DNA of 64,000 nt from positions 27,045 to 91,044 of the forward strand of contig JAGCNW010000030.1 of assembly GCA_017645785.1 (NCBI GenBank). Reading direction: 5' to 3'. This document shows positions 50,136-57,762 of the stretch, piece by piece; within the stretch, counting starts at the first letter, position 1; each line of letters opens with the position of its first letter. Source of the DNA: Treponema sp. (GTDB lineage: Bacteria > Spirochaetota > Spirochaetia > Treponematales > Treponemataceae). Under the pieces are notes generated by a model. It was given only the letters and a program-made list of their open reading frames with translations. It did no database searches and had not been told where the DNA came from. The translations under genes and the position numbers were made by a program.

Positions 50136-50173
50136 AGACGCTGGAACTTGCTTTATTCCGCTCGCGTTGTAAC

Positions 50174-50220
50174 CTTCTTGGGAAACCAAGAAAGAAAATA
50201 TTAAGGAGGCTCAAAAATGA
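50174..50220 (+). repeat. 47-nt direct repeat copy B
   Basis: Identical to 49913-49959. Confidence 0.85.
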
Positions 50221-50414
50221 GCGAAAAATTGTATGTTTTGTTGGTGGCATTGACAGGTGCGTTGGCCACTACGGTCAACGAAATCTTCAAGTTCCTTGAC
50301 GTTCCGTGGCTTAGCGTTGGCATTGGAATCACAGGCGCCGTCGCAACTTGCATTACAACTGTTTTGGCGATTGTCAAGGAATACCAAAACAAGAAAGCCA
50401 ATAAAAGCGCCTAA
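50217..50414 (+). CDS. Small two-TM membrane protein (65 aa, holin-like candidate)
   Basis: ORF track. Its start lies inside repeat copy B. Confidence 0.5.
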   Translation: MSEKLYVLLVALTGALATTVNEIFKFLDVPWLSVGIGITGAVATCITTVLAIVKEYQNKKANKSA

Positions 50415-50759
50415 ATGAAACGTCTTTTGAAACGGGGGTTAGGCTACAGCGTGAGCGGTTTTTCCAATCATTTTATGGAAAGACTGAAACAAAGGCGGCT
50501 TAAGCTGTCCGACGTGAAAGAATCGCTAAGAAATCCGAACCTCTCGTTTCAAAACGGCGGCGCCCTTGTTTTTGTAGGGCCGAAACTCACCGTTGTCGTA
50601 GGCGAGAACGGAAAGTTGATAACGGCCTACAAAAACAGGGAGAGCGTTTACAAAGGCTCTAAGAAAAAAGACATTAGGAACAGGAGGGAAAAAACTGATG
50701 ATAGACAAGACAAGAGAATACCCCGAACTGGGTTCGGATTTGATGGAGAAGAGGGCTGA
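50415..50759 (+). CDS. Hypothetical basic protein (114 aa)
   Basis: ORF track. Its 62-nt overlap with the next ORF makes the 3' end uncertain. Confidence 0.4.
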   Translation: MKRLLKRGLGYSVSGFSNHFMERLKQRRLKLSDVKESLRNPNLSFQNGGALVFVGPKLTVVVGENGKLITAYKNRESVYKGSKKKDIRNRREKTDDRQDKRIPRTGFGFDGEEG

Positions 50760-50979
50760 GCTTTACGACCAGCTTCGATACATAACAAACGAGTTGGAGA
50801 AACTTGACCACATCTTCGGAATGGGCGTCTATTATATGACGGAGGAAGAGGCGAGGGCGTATATGAAAATATCCGAAGGCCGCAAAATCCCCACGGACAT
50901 TCTTTCGACAAGATTCGGATTGGAAAAAGTTTATCTAAAAAAAGACATAGACGAATATATGCTGTCACGAAAGCGATAG
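50698..50979 (+). CDS. Excisionase/MerR-like HTH protein (93 aa)
   Basis: YYMTEEEARAYMKIS...YLKKDIDEYM. AGGAGGG upstream. Confidence 0.45.
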   Translation: MIDKTREYPELGSDLMEKRAELYDQLRYITNELEKLDHIFGMGVYYMTEEEARAYMKISEGRKIPTDILSTRFGLEKVYLKKDIDEYMLSRKR

Positions 50980-51426
50980 CGCGAAGTCTTTTCCAATCTC
51001 AGCCGCCTCAATGAAGGCGGCTTTATTTTTCTCTTTTTGCTTGTTGAATACGTTTATGTGCTGAAGAATGTCCTTTTCAGTCGAGTTGCTTGTGTAAGTC
51101 CTTCTCTCCGATTGGACAACCTTGGCGGCGCAGTTGAACACGTTCTTGAAAACCCTTTGGCAGAATTTGTCCCAAGTGTCGTCGTCCATATCAGCGCAGT
51201 CGACGCACTCGGCGACATCGTTTGTTATGTCGGCCTCCGTTTCGCCGACGAGGGTGGAGTAGCGGTGCATTGTGGCTTCCTTCGCCCGCTCGAATGAGTA
51301 GTCAAGGTTGGCCCACCGCAAAGCCACTTCTTCGGGAATGTTATATTTGGCGGCTACAGCCGCCGCGTTCATTCCGTTTTGAATGTCCTCAACTACCGCC
51401 ATTTGCAGTTCTTTAGTGTATCTCAT
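50965..51426 (-). CDS. HTH-containing hypothetical protein (153 aa)
   Basis: N-terminal KELQMAVVEDIQNGMNAAAVAAKYNIPEEVALRW. Confidence 0.5.
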   Translation of the reverse strand: MRYTKELQMAVVEDIQNGMNAAAVAAKYNIPEEVALRWANLDYSFERAKEATMHRYSTLVGETEADITNDVAECVDCADMDDDTWDKFCQRVFKNVFNCAAKVVQSERRTYTSNSTEKDILQHINVFNKQKEKNKAAFIEAAEIGKDFALSLS

Positions 51427-51643
51427 TGTTCACTTCCTTGTCGATGTCGTCCAAAGCGTCCGAAAGACGCTTGTATTTGACGTATCGGTGTTTTTTATGA
51501 GACCATACCCAGTATGTCCCGTTTCGGTCATACAACGTGCAGTCGGTAGCGAGCCTCCCGCCCTCCTCGTGCTTGAAAATATACACGCCCTTGTCAACCA
51601 AATCGAAAAAGACGCGTATTATTTTTTCACTTGTCCTAAGCAA
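51413..51643 (-). CDS. Small hypothetical protein (76 aa)
   Basis: ORF track. Packed in an operon. Confidence 0.45.
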   Translation of the reverse strand: MLRTSEKIIRVFFDLVDKGVYIFKHEEGGRLATDCTLYDRNGTYWVWSHKKHRYVKYKRLSDALDDIDKEVNNEIH

Positions 51644-51909
51644 AAGTCTTTTCTTTCCAAAATGTTTTTCTTGTAAATCACGTGGCCGCCGCGAATCTGT
51701 CCGTATGTGTCTTCAATGGTTGTCGCAAGTATCAGCCAGTCTTCGTTTTCATCAACCACAAAGCCTGTCGTATAGGTGGACTTTATGTTGTCTCTCGCAG
51801 CCTTTACATCGTCCAACTCTTGCCACTGGTCGGCGATAAGCGACATTCCAGAATCAAGCCAAACAAGATAGCAAAGTTTCAATTTTTTGATGTTCAATTT
51901 TTCGCTCAT
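51619..51909 (-). CDS. Hypothetical protein (96 aa)
   Basis: ORF track. Confidence 0.45.
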   Translation of the reverse strand: MSEKLNIKKLKLCYLVWLDSGMSLIADQWQELDDVKAARDNIKSTYTTGFVVDENEDWLILATTIEDTYGQIRGGHVIYKKNILERKDFCLGQVKK

Positions 51910-51960
51910 ATATAATCTCCTTTTTATACAGACGGCGTTTTACCGTCTGTGTATTTTATC

Positions 51961-52386
51961 TTAGAAAGGAATGTCTTCAGGGAACCCGTCGGCGTTGGCG
52001 GGAGCGGGCTGGCCATAAGACTGTCCCTGCGGCTGTCCGCCTTGTCCTTCAGGCTTTCCGCCAAGAAGACGCACTTCGTTAGCCACAATGACAACCTTAC
52101 TCATCTTCCTGCCTTCTTTTTCCCAACGGTCTTGCTTTAGGTATCCTTGGACGCTGATTTGGGTTCCCTTCTTGATGTAAGGCTTCAGGTTTTCGGCAGT
52201 CTTGCCCCAAATCGTAATGTCAAAGTAACTTACCTCGTCAGTCCACGAGTCGCCCTTTTTCACGGAGCGGTTCACGGCGATTGAGGTGTTCATTCTCGCA
52301 GTTCCGTTCGGCAAGTAGCCAAAGTCATTCTCGCCAATGTCGCGCGTAACGCGGCCAATTAAAACCGATACATTCAAGTCCGTCAT
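51961..52386 (-). CDS. ssb: Single-stranded DNA-binding protein
   Basis: OB-fold motifs LIGRVTRD, DITIWGKTAE and GTQISVQGYLKQDRW. Gly/Gln/Pro-rich linker and an acidic tip ending EDIPF. Confidence 0.85.
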   Translation of the reverse strand: MTDLNVSVLIGRVTRDIGENDFGYLPNGTARMNTSIAVNRSVKKGDSWTDEVSYFDITIWGKTAENLKPYIKKGTQISVQGYLKQDRWEKEGRKMSKVVIVANEVRLLGGKPEGQGGQPQGQSYGQPAPANADGFPEDIPF

Positions 52387-52414
52387 ATAATTCCTCCTTT
52401 TCGCTTCTCAGCGC

Positions 52415-53545
52415 TTAATCCAATCTCATAGGCATCAAAACCGCCATTCCGCAGCCTTGTTTTTTTAACTGCTCTTCGGAAGAGCAATCCAACCCCGGTT
52501 GTTCCACAACGAAAGCCTTGTCTCCGTCCATATAGTTGAAAAACACCAAGTCGCTTGCGTTCTGATTCAACGAGTCCTTCAAGTGGCCAAGGTTCAATTT
52601 CATTTTGAAGTCAGGCGACGGCTGGCCTTCGTTTTTGACAAGCTCAATGTCTTCGCTTGACTCGCCAATGTCGCTGTTGCTAGCGCTCACGGAAACTACA
52701 GAGCCTTTCTTCTCCAAGATTACAAACTCATTGATTACCGCCGCCCTTTCCAAAGCCCCAAGCAAATCCTCTCGGTTGAAAGAGATAATGTTGGGGTTGT
52801 CTTTGGGTATGACTCTCTCATAGTTTGGGTATTGAAGGTTGACGTAAGGAGTGGCGAAAAGACCGCTTGATGTCTTGACCCTAAACTCGCGCTCGCCGAC
52901 CAAGAACTCCAAGTCTCCGCCTTTCACGGCGGCGCAAAGGGAATCCACGAAGCCACTAGGCAAAAGAACAGCCGCTTTTTCAGTTCCGTCCAAAAAGAAA
53001 TCCTCCACGGTATATTCGTGCAGACGCTTTCCGTCCGTGGCGACCATCTTCAAGCCTTCCTTGTCAAACTCCAAGCGGACGGAGCACATCATCTCTCTTG
53101 TCACGTCGTTGGCGGAAGCCCTTCTCACATACGAAAGCCCTTTCAAGAACCACTCGCCGCCGCCTTTAACTGTCTTTCCTTCGATATTCGGGAAGTCGGG
53201 GAAACGACCTGAATCCATAGCCTTCATCGTGTAGCGGACTTTTTTCTTGGACGAAGTTACCTTGATGTCAGAGCCTTCAACCTCAAAAAACAAGTCGCCG
53301 TCGGGAGCCTTCGAGATAATCTGCTTCAACTTGGCGGCGTAAACCAAGAACGAGCCGTCAGAGTCGGACTCGCAGTTCAAGTTGATTATGGCAGTCATTC
53401 CGCTTCTTGAAGCCCTTAATGTTGACTCTCCGCCTTTCGCGTCGAACATAAAATAGCCGTCAATTCCCAATGGGTTCCCGCTAGAGAACTTATCTGCGGC
53501 GGCTACCGCCCTTGCCAACTCACTTTTGCTTATCGTCAGTTTCAT
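52415..53545 (-). CDS. dnaN: DNA polymerase III beta sliding clamp-like protein
   Basis: 376 aa. The start MKLTISKSELARAVAAADKF and the C-terminal AVLMPMRLD are typical of DnaN. Confidence 0.75.
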   Translation of the reverse strand: MKLTISKSELARAVAAADKFSSGNPLGIDGYFMFDAKGGESTLRASRSGMTAIINLNCESDSDGSFLVYAAKLKQIISKAPDGDLFFEVEGSDIKVTSSKKKVRYTMKAMDSGRFPDFPNIEGKTVKGGGEWFLKGLSYVRRASANDVTREMMCSVRLEFDKEGLKMVATDGKRLHEYTVEDFFLDGTEKAAVLLPSGFVDSLCAAVKGGDLEFLVGEREFRVKTSSGLFATPYVNLQYPNYERVIPKDNPNIISFNREDLLGALERAAVINEFVILEKKGSVVSVSASNSDIGESSEDIELVKNEGQPSPDFKMKLNLGHLKDSLNQNASDLVFFNYMDGDKAFVVEQPGLDCSSEEQLKKQGCGMAVLMPMRLD

Positions 53546-53951
53546 TCTTCGCTCCTTCCTTATTCAATCCTTCGACATAACTTTGGCTCCAAAAGAACAT
53601 ATTGATAAAGTTCTTCTGAACCTTTTCCGCTTCGCTTCCGATAGGCGGAAGAACAATCATCGGCTGAACGCCTTTCGGAAGGAACAGTTTGCAAACCAAG
53701 TCAATGTCCTTCCATTCGGGCTTTCTCGACTTTCGCATAATGGACACGTGGACGGCCTTTCCCTCCTCAAGCGTCATAAACACGGACAACCCGCTTCCGT
53801 TCTTGTAGAACGCCTGTCCATTCGTCGTAAATTCCTTGAACCCAGCGGGGGCCTCCTTCATTCTCAAGCCCCTAATGTCCAACTTCTGCGCCGCCTTGCC
53901 TTGCTCTGCGGCTTTCTCTTGAACCTTTTCGTCCAACGACTTCTCTTCCAC
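53520..53951 (-). CDS. Hypothetical protein (143 aa)
   Basis: ORF track. Confidence 0.5.
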   Translation of the reverse strand: MEEKSLDEKVQEKAAEQGKAAQKLDIRGLRMKEAPAGFKEFTTNGQAFYKNGSGLSVFMTLEEGKAVHVSIMRKSRKPEWKDIDLVCKLFLPKGVQPMIVLPPIGSEAEKVQKNFINMFFWSQSYVEGLNKEGAKNETDDKQK

Positions 53952-53952
53952 C

Positions 53953-54387
53953 TTAAATCTCCTTGACTTCGATTCCGTATTTGAAAAGCATAAGTTTCCG
54001 CTTAATCACGAACACATTGTAGGCGGGGCCAACCTTCATCCCCTTCACGTCCTCGACAACCTTCTTGCCGGTCTTTTTGTCGAAATAAACGAAGTCGGCT
54101 ATATACGAGCACTCGCGCTCAATTTTGCCGTCTGATTTTGTTTGCTTGGGAATTAACTCGAACTTGACTTGCCTTTGAAGGTTGGAAATTTCTCCCGCTC
54201 TTTCAAGCAGGGAGAGTTCCAGCCAATGCGAATGTTCCTTCCTTGAGTCGAAAGTAAGTCCGCCGTCAACTATTTTCCTAGCGTTGAACTTATTCGCCTT
54301 TTTTGCCGTCCATTGGAACAATGTCGCCACCCCCCATAATCCGCTCCGCGCTCTTGATTGCCTCAAGAACTGCGTCAACGGCTCCAC
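53953..54387 (-). CDS. DUF1064-family (PD-(D/E)XK-like) protein
   Basis: KFNARKIVDGGLTFDSRKEHSHWLELSLLERAGEISNLQRQVKFEL...YIADFVY...VVEDVKG. The true start is probably an internal GTG/TTG near 54326, because the track start overlaps the upstream gene. Confidence 0.6.
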   Translation of the reverse strand: MEPLTQFLRQSRARSGLWGVATLFQWTAKKANKFNARKIVDGGLTFDSRKEHSHWLELSLLERAGEISNLQRQVKFELIPKQTKSDGKIERECSYIADFVYFDKKTGKKVVEDVKGMKVGPAYNVFVIKRKLMLFKYGIEVKEI

Positions 54388-54604
54388 CCTTCAAACTGCC
54401 GATGAGATTGCCTAACTCGCCAAGAGCCTTGGCCAACTCCGCGTTTCTTTCCAAGGCGTCCCGCATATAAGCGTCGTTTCGAGCCGCCATCTCGCAATAC
54501 AGCGACGCCATCCTTTTCGACCATTTCCATTCGCTCGCCAGAACGGAAACGGCAACCAAGAGAACCATCGCAACTACCGCAAGAATAAGAACGGCGTAAA
54601 ACAT
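54290..54604 (-). CDS. Membrane-anchored hypothetical protein (104 aa)
   Basis: ORF track. N-terminal TM segment. Confidence 0.5.
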   Translation of the reverse strand: MFYAVLILAVVAMVLLVAVSVLASEWKWSKRMASLYCEMAARNDAYMRDALERNAELAKALGELGNLIGSLKGGAVDAVLEAIKSAERIMGGGDIVPMDGKKGE

Positions 54605-54778
54605 AATTAACTACAAAAAGTATACATACTGTATACAATATGTTACATAATAAGGCAAAAAATTTTTTTTGTCAAGGAAAAACTGTAAATTTTGAGAAAA
54701 AAAATAACGCCCGACAACCTTTTTAATTCTTATTAGGAGATAATTGGCAAAAGCGGTTGAAGGGCGTTTGGAACGGCT

Positions 54779-55216
54779 TTAGTATGGAGAGTCTTCGGAT
54801 TCCTTGTATTTATGGTCGGTTCCCGAAGGGTAGAAGTTGTCTGGATAACGGAAGTCCTTGTCCAGAACAAGCGAAAGCATATTGTTGCGCCAAGCCTTTA
54901 TCCTGTAACAGCCGTCGAACCTTCCGCATCTTTTATACACGACGAACAAGGGCAATTTATAGTCGGAGGTATTAAACGTCAACGTGTAATGGGCGTTGTA
55001 TTCCCCTTGAAGCGTCAACTCCAAGTTTCCGTTAGGAGCTTCGTAAATCCGCTCGACGGTAAGATATTTCGGCTCAAGCCAAAACTCCATCTTTACGTTA
55101 ACCAAATCCCCCGTGTAAACGGTCAACGAAGGCTCGGCTTTAAGGGGCGACGAGCCGCCCGCGAAAACGAGGGAAAGCGACAACAGGCAAACAAACAAGG
55201 CTATGAACTTTTTCAA
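54779..55216 (-). CDS. Secreted protein with signal peptide, co-transcribed with the repressor
   Basis: MKKFIALFVCLLSLSLVFAGGSSP. ATGA-coupled to the XRE gene. Confidence 0.55.
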   Translation of the reverse strand: MKKFIALFVCLLSLSLVFAGGSSPLKAEPSLTVYTGDLVNVKMEFWLEPKYLTVERIYEAPNGNLELTLQGEYNAHYTLTFNTSDYKLPLFVVYKRCGRFDGCYRIKAWRNNMLSLVLDKDFRYPDNFYPSGTDHKYKESEDSPY

Positions 55217-55551
55217 ACTGAATCTCCTTGACTTAAATTATAATTATTCAAAACGCCGTTCGTCAAGTCTTTTTTCTGCTTTTTCTCATCCTTCTCGGCG
55301 TATTTGTTGATAATGTCTTGAAGGTCTCTAGGGATTTTCTCGACAATAGGCGGCTCAACCCCAGTGATTAAATACTCCACCGTAGTTCCTAAAGTTTGAG
55401 CCAATTTTACGGCGGTGTCGGCACTAGGGACTGCGCCTTTTTTCTTCCAGTCGTAGAAGGTTTGCGTTGTTATTTCCGCAATTTTTGCCACTTCCGCCTT
55501 TGTCTTGCCTTTTTCTTTAAGCAGTTTTTCAAGCCGTTCAGAGAAATTCAT
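55213..55551 (-). CDS. XRE-family HTH repressor (CI/Cro-like)
   Basis: FSERLEKLLKEKGKTKAEVAKIAEITTQTFYDWKKKGAVPSADTAVKLAQTLGTTVEYLITG. Confidence 0.75.
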   Translation of the reverse strand: MNFSERLEKLLKEKGKTKAEVAKIAEITTQTFYDWKKKGAVPSADTAVKLAQTLGTTVEYLITGVEPPIVEKIPRDLQDIINKYAEKDEKKQKKDLTNGVLNNYNLSQGDSV

Positions 55552-55557
55552 ACTTAT

Positions 55558-55586
55558 ATTATCGTGTTTTTTCTTAAAAAACTCAA
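55558..55586 (-). promoter_or_regulatory. sigma70-like promoter TTGAGT-17-GATAAT, probably giving a leaderless repressor mRNA
   Basis: The -10 element ends 6 nt before ATG 55551 and there is no SD. Confidence 0.5.
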
Positions 55587-55594
55587 GTAAAAAA

Positions 55595-55608
55595 TAAGAA
55601 ATTTCTTA
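55595..55608. promoter_or_regulatory. Perfect 14-bp palindrome TAAGAAATTTCTTA (operator candidate)
   Basis: Lies between the divergent -35 boxes. Its half-site also occurs in TTTCTTAAAAAAC (55570-55582 and 55602-55614) and TTTTCTTAG (55664-55672). Confidence 0.45.
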
Positions 55609-55616
55609 AAAAACAC

Positions 55617-55645
55617 TTGACAGCAAAAGAAAAATCTTTTATATT
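55617..55645 (+). promoter_or_regulatory. sigma70-like promoter TTGACA-17-TATATT
   Basis: Read directly. Divergent from the repressor promoter. Confidence 0.6.
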
Positions 55646-55651
55646 TTAATT

Positions 55652-56404
55652 AAGGATTAAGTTTTTTCTTAGTCTTTATGGCTTTAGGGATGGGGAAACC
55701 CAAACCTACTTTGCCTGATTTAATCTTTTTGATTTCTTCGGATAAAGTGGCCACAGTTGGTTGAGTGCATAACCAACATTCAGCCTTTGGTTATGCGCTC
55801 AAAGTTAAAAGAGACCGTTTGTGAGAAAGCCAGGCTGAAAGCCCTTGAAAAAGGGTTGGCTTTTGAACGAGCGGTCTTTTTTATTGCACTTGGGACGAAT
55901 TGGCAGAATGCCGCAAAAAAACGGACTAAGGGCGGAGTTAAAAATCAATTCCTTGGGAACAAGGTCGGACTTCGGTTTACAGCGAAGCCTAAGAAAACGA
56001 TTCCTTGCGGTTGTCCAAGGCCTTTGAGCCTTGCGGATGATAGGCGGTATTACGAGGCTCTTGAAAGACAGAGACCCAGCGGCCGCCGAGCAAGGTTGCC
56101 AACCCACGCGGGGTGTCTGCTAAAACGGTTGGTGCGGGACGAAACTTGAAGTAAGTCTAACGCGGGCAGAGGAGGGGCGCACTCCCTTTACAAGACTTTA
56201 CGCCAAAGCAGAGAGCGTTAGGCTTTGGTGCCCTTGAAGCGAGCGATGCGACGGATGATGTAACGGAGCGGCTGCGGAGCGAAAGGTGCGGGGTTTCGCC
56301 TTAAACGGCTTGGTCAAAAAAGTGACTAGGCCTGCGGGGATTGGGAAACTCTGCCCTATCGCTTCACTCCGCTCTGGATGATAGAGACCAAGAGGAGAAA
56401 GAGA
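55652..56404 (+). ncRNA. Candidate structured leader / non-coding RNA region (about 750 nt)
   Basis: No credible ORF or SD. Many hairpins, including mutually exclusive ones (GAGTGCATAACCAA/TTGGTTATGCGCTC versus GTTGGTT/AACCAAC). GNRA and UUCG-type loops. Looks GC-richer than the flanking AT-rich promoter region. Confidence 0.3.
55811..55885 (+). terminator. Long compound hairpin + T-run (intrinsic terminator) whose tip resembles lambda boxB
   Basis: GAGACCG...CGGTCT followed by TTTTTTATTGC (same tail as the terminators at 15955 and 30259). Inner AAAGCCA/TGGCTTT. Apical CCCTT-GAAA-AAGGG at 55842-55855. Confidence 0.55.
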
Positions 56405-57187
56405 ATGAGAAGAAGAAAGGGAAAGGGGAAACGAAGAAGATTGGAATCGGACAGAGAGCTGCTTGACCGAATGGAAAAGACGGCTGGAACGACAAGGTTG
56501 TATGGAGTGGTTGACTACGGAATCAGAAAGGAGTTTTACAGAACGATGTGCGGCTACTCTCCCAAGGAGCAGTTCGAGAACTTCTTCCCGATAGGACAAG
56601 TTCTCTCTGCCACGATGATGAGAGCGCAATACGCGGTGACTGAGAAGCTTTACAAGGATTGCTTGAAGTCGCTAGACGGAAGGCTTAGGGAACGGCTTGG
56701 GAAGCTGTCCTTTGAGTTCACGAAGGAAGGTTTGGCGGAGTGTTTGAAAAACACAAGAGCTTTGAGAAGTTTTACAAAAGGCGACCACTCGAAGATAGTG
56801 GCCGTGTTTAAGGGTGAGCGGGAGCCGGAGACCAACGAAGAGAGACAGAAGGTTGAAGCCTGCCGCGAAAACATCGAGTTCCAAAGCCACAGAACGGTTC
56901 TGTTCAAGGCGGTTGAGAAACTTTGCGGGGAGGCTGAATACGACAAGATATTCCAAAAGGGCGACAAGGTGAAATACGCCGTGGCCACCGTGAAGAGCAT
57001 AAAGACGGTGTTCGATTCGGGCAGGGAATCGGAGATTCTTTCATCGGAGCGGAAGGCCTTCTTCGAGAGCTTCGGCTACGCTTATTTTCCCGTGAGGAAA
57101 TGCGACATAAGGAAAGGGCTTGCGGAAAGGATTGTGGCCGACTACTTAATGTGGAAAGGCATAACTAAACTGGCTGAAACGGCGTAA
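56405..57187 (+). CDS. Hypothetical protein with N-terminal arginine-rich motif
   Basis: Start at ATG 56405 (GAGGAG upstream): MRRRKGKGKRRRLESDRELL... No family recognised. Confidence 0.55.
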   Translation: MRRRKGKGKRRRLESDRELLDRMEKTAGTTRLYGVVDYGIRKEFYRTMCGYSPKEQFENFFPIGQVLSATMMRAQYAVTEKLYKDCLKSLDGRLRERLGKLSFEFTKEGLAECLKNTRALRSFTKGDHSKIVAVFKGEREPETNEERQKVEACRENIEFQSHRTVLFKAVEKLCGEAEYDKIFQKGDKVKYAVATVKSIKTVFDSGRESEILSSERKAFFESFGYAYFPVRKCDIRKGLAERIVADYLMWKGITKLAETA

Positions 57188-57198
57188 GGGGGGTAAAT

Positions 57199-57330
57199 AT
57201 GAGCGCTAAGGAATTGGAGAAGTGGAACAAGGTCGCCAAGGAAGCCTTGAAGGGCTTGGACTTGTCGAAATATAGGAAGATTGGAAAGGCCTACTTGAAA
57301 GCCTTGGGGGGGGCGAATGGTCGCCGTTGA
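57199..57330 (+). CDS. Small hypothetical protein (43 aa) ending just after a G8 tract
   Basis: Own translation: MSAKELEKWNKVAKEALKGLDLSKYRKIGKAYLKALGGANGRR. Confidence 0.35.
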   Translation: MSAKELEKWNKVAKEALKGLDLSKYRKIGKAYLKALGGANGRR

Positions 57331-57544
57331 CGAGGACAAAATGCTTGACGCGCTGGACAAGCTCAGTGACACGGTTGAGTGCGCCATAGGCTATTTGGAA
57401 TCCGGCCACAACTACGACCCGGCTCCAGCGGAGACCGTCCTTTTGACGACCAGAATGTATCTTAGCGCGGCGAAGGAACTGATTGAAGACGCTGAAATTG
57501 AAGTCGTAGAGGGCGAGCCGCCCGAAAAAGACGAGGAGGAATGA
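57317..57544 (+). CDS. Small acidic protein (75 aa)
   Basis: ORF track. Confidence 0.45.
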   Translation: MVAVDEDKMLDALDKLSDTVECAIGYLESGHNYDPAPAETVLLTTRMYLSAAKELIEDAEIEVVEGEPPEKDEEE

Positions 57545-57762
57545 CTATGGAGTTTTTGGACGAGTTTTTCAACGAGACCGAGGAGAAATTGGCCGACTGG
57601 AACGACGTTGACGCGGTGCTGAAAAAAGAAGGCGCTCCCGACGGATTGACGCTTTCCGGAAAACTGACTTGGGTTTTGTCGGATTTGAAATCTAAACTGG
57701 CCATCGCGGAGAAGAAGGCTTCAGTCAATGAAGACTTTAGAAAGGTTGGGGGCGCGGCGTGA
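57541..57762 (+). CDS. Small hypothetical protein (73 aa)
   Basis: ORF track. ATGA-coupled. Confidence 0.45.
   Translation: MTMEFLDEFFNETEEKLADWNDVDAVLKKEGAPDGLTLSGKLTWVLSDLKSKLAIAEKKASVNEDFRKVGGAA

Noticed and set aside
55757-56149. 130-aa TTG-start ORF, and the minus-strand ORFs 55805-56107 and 56198-56629, in the leader region.
   Set aside because: No SD or ATG start. The ORF reads straight through a terminator hairpin. The composition is Arg/Lys/Gly/Pro-rich and not protein-like.
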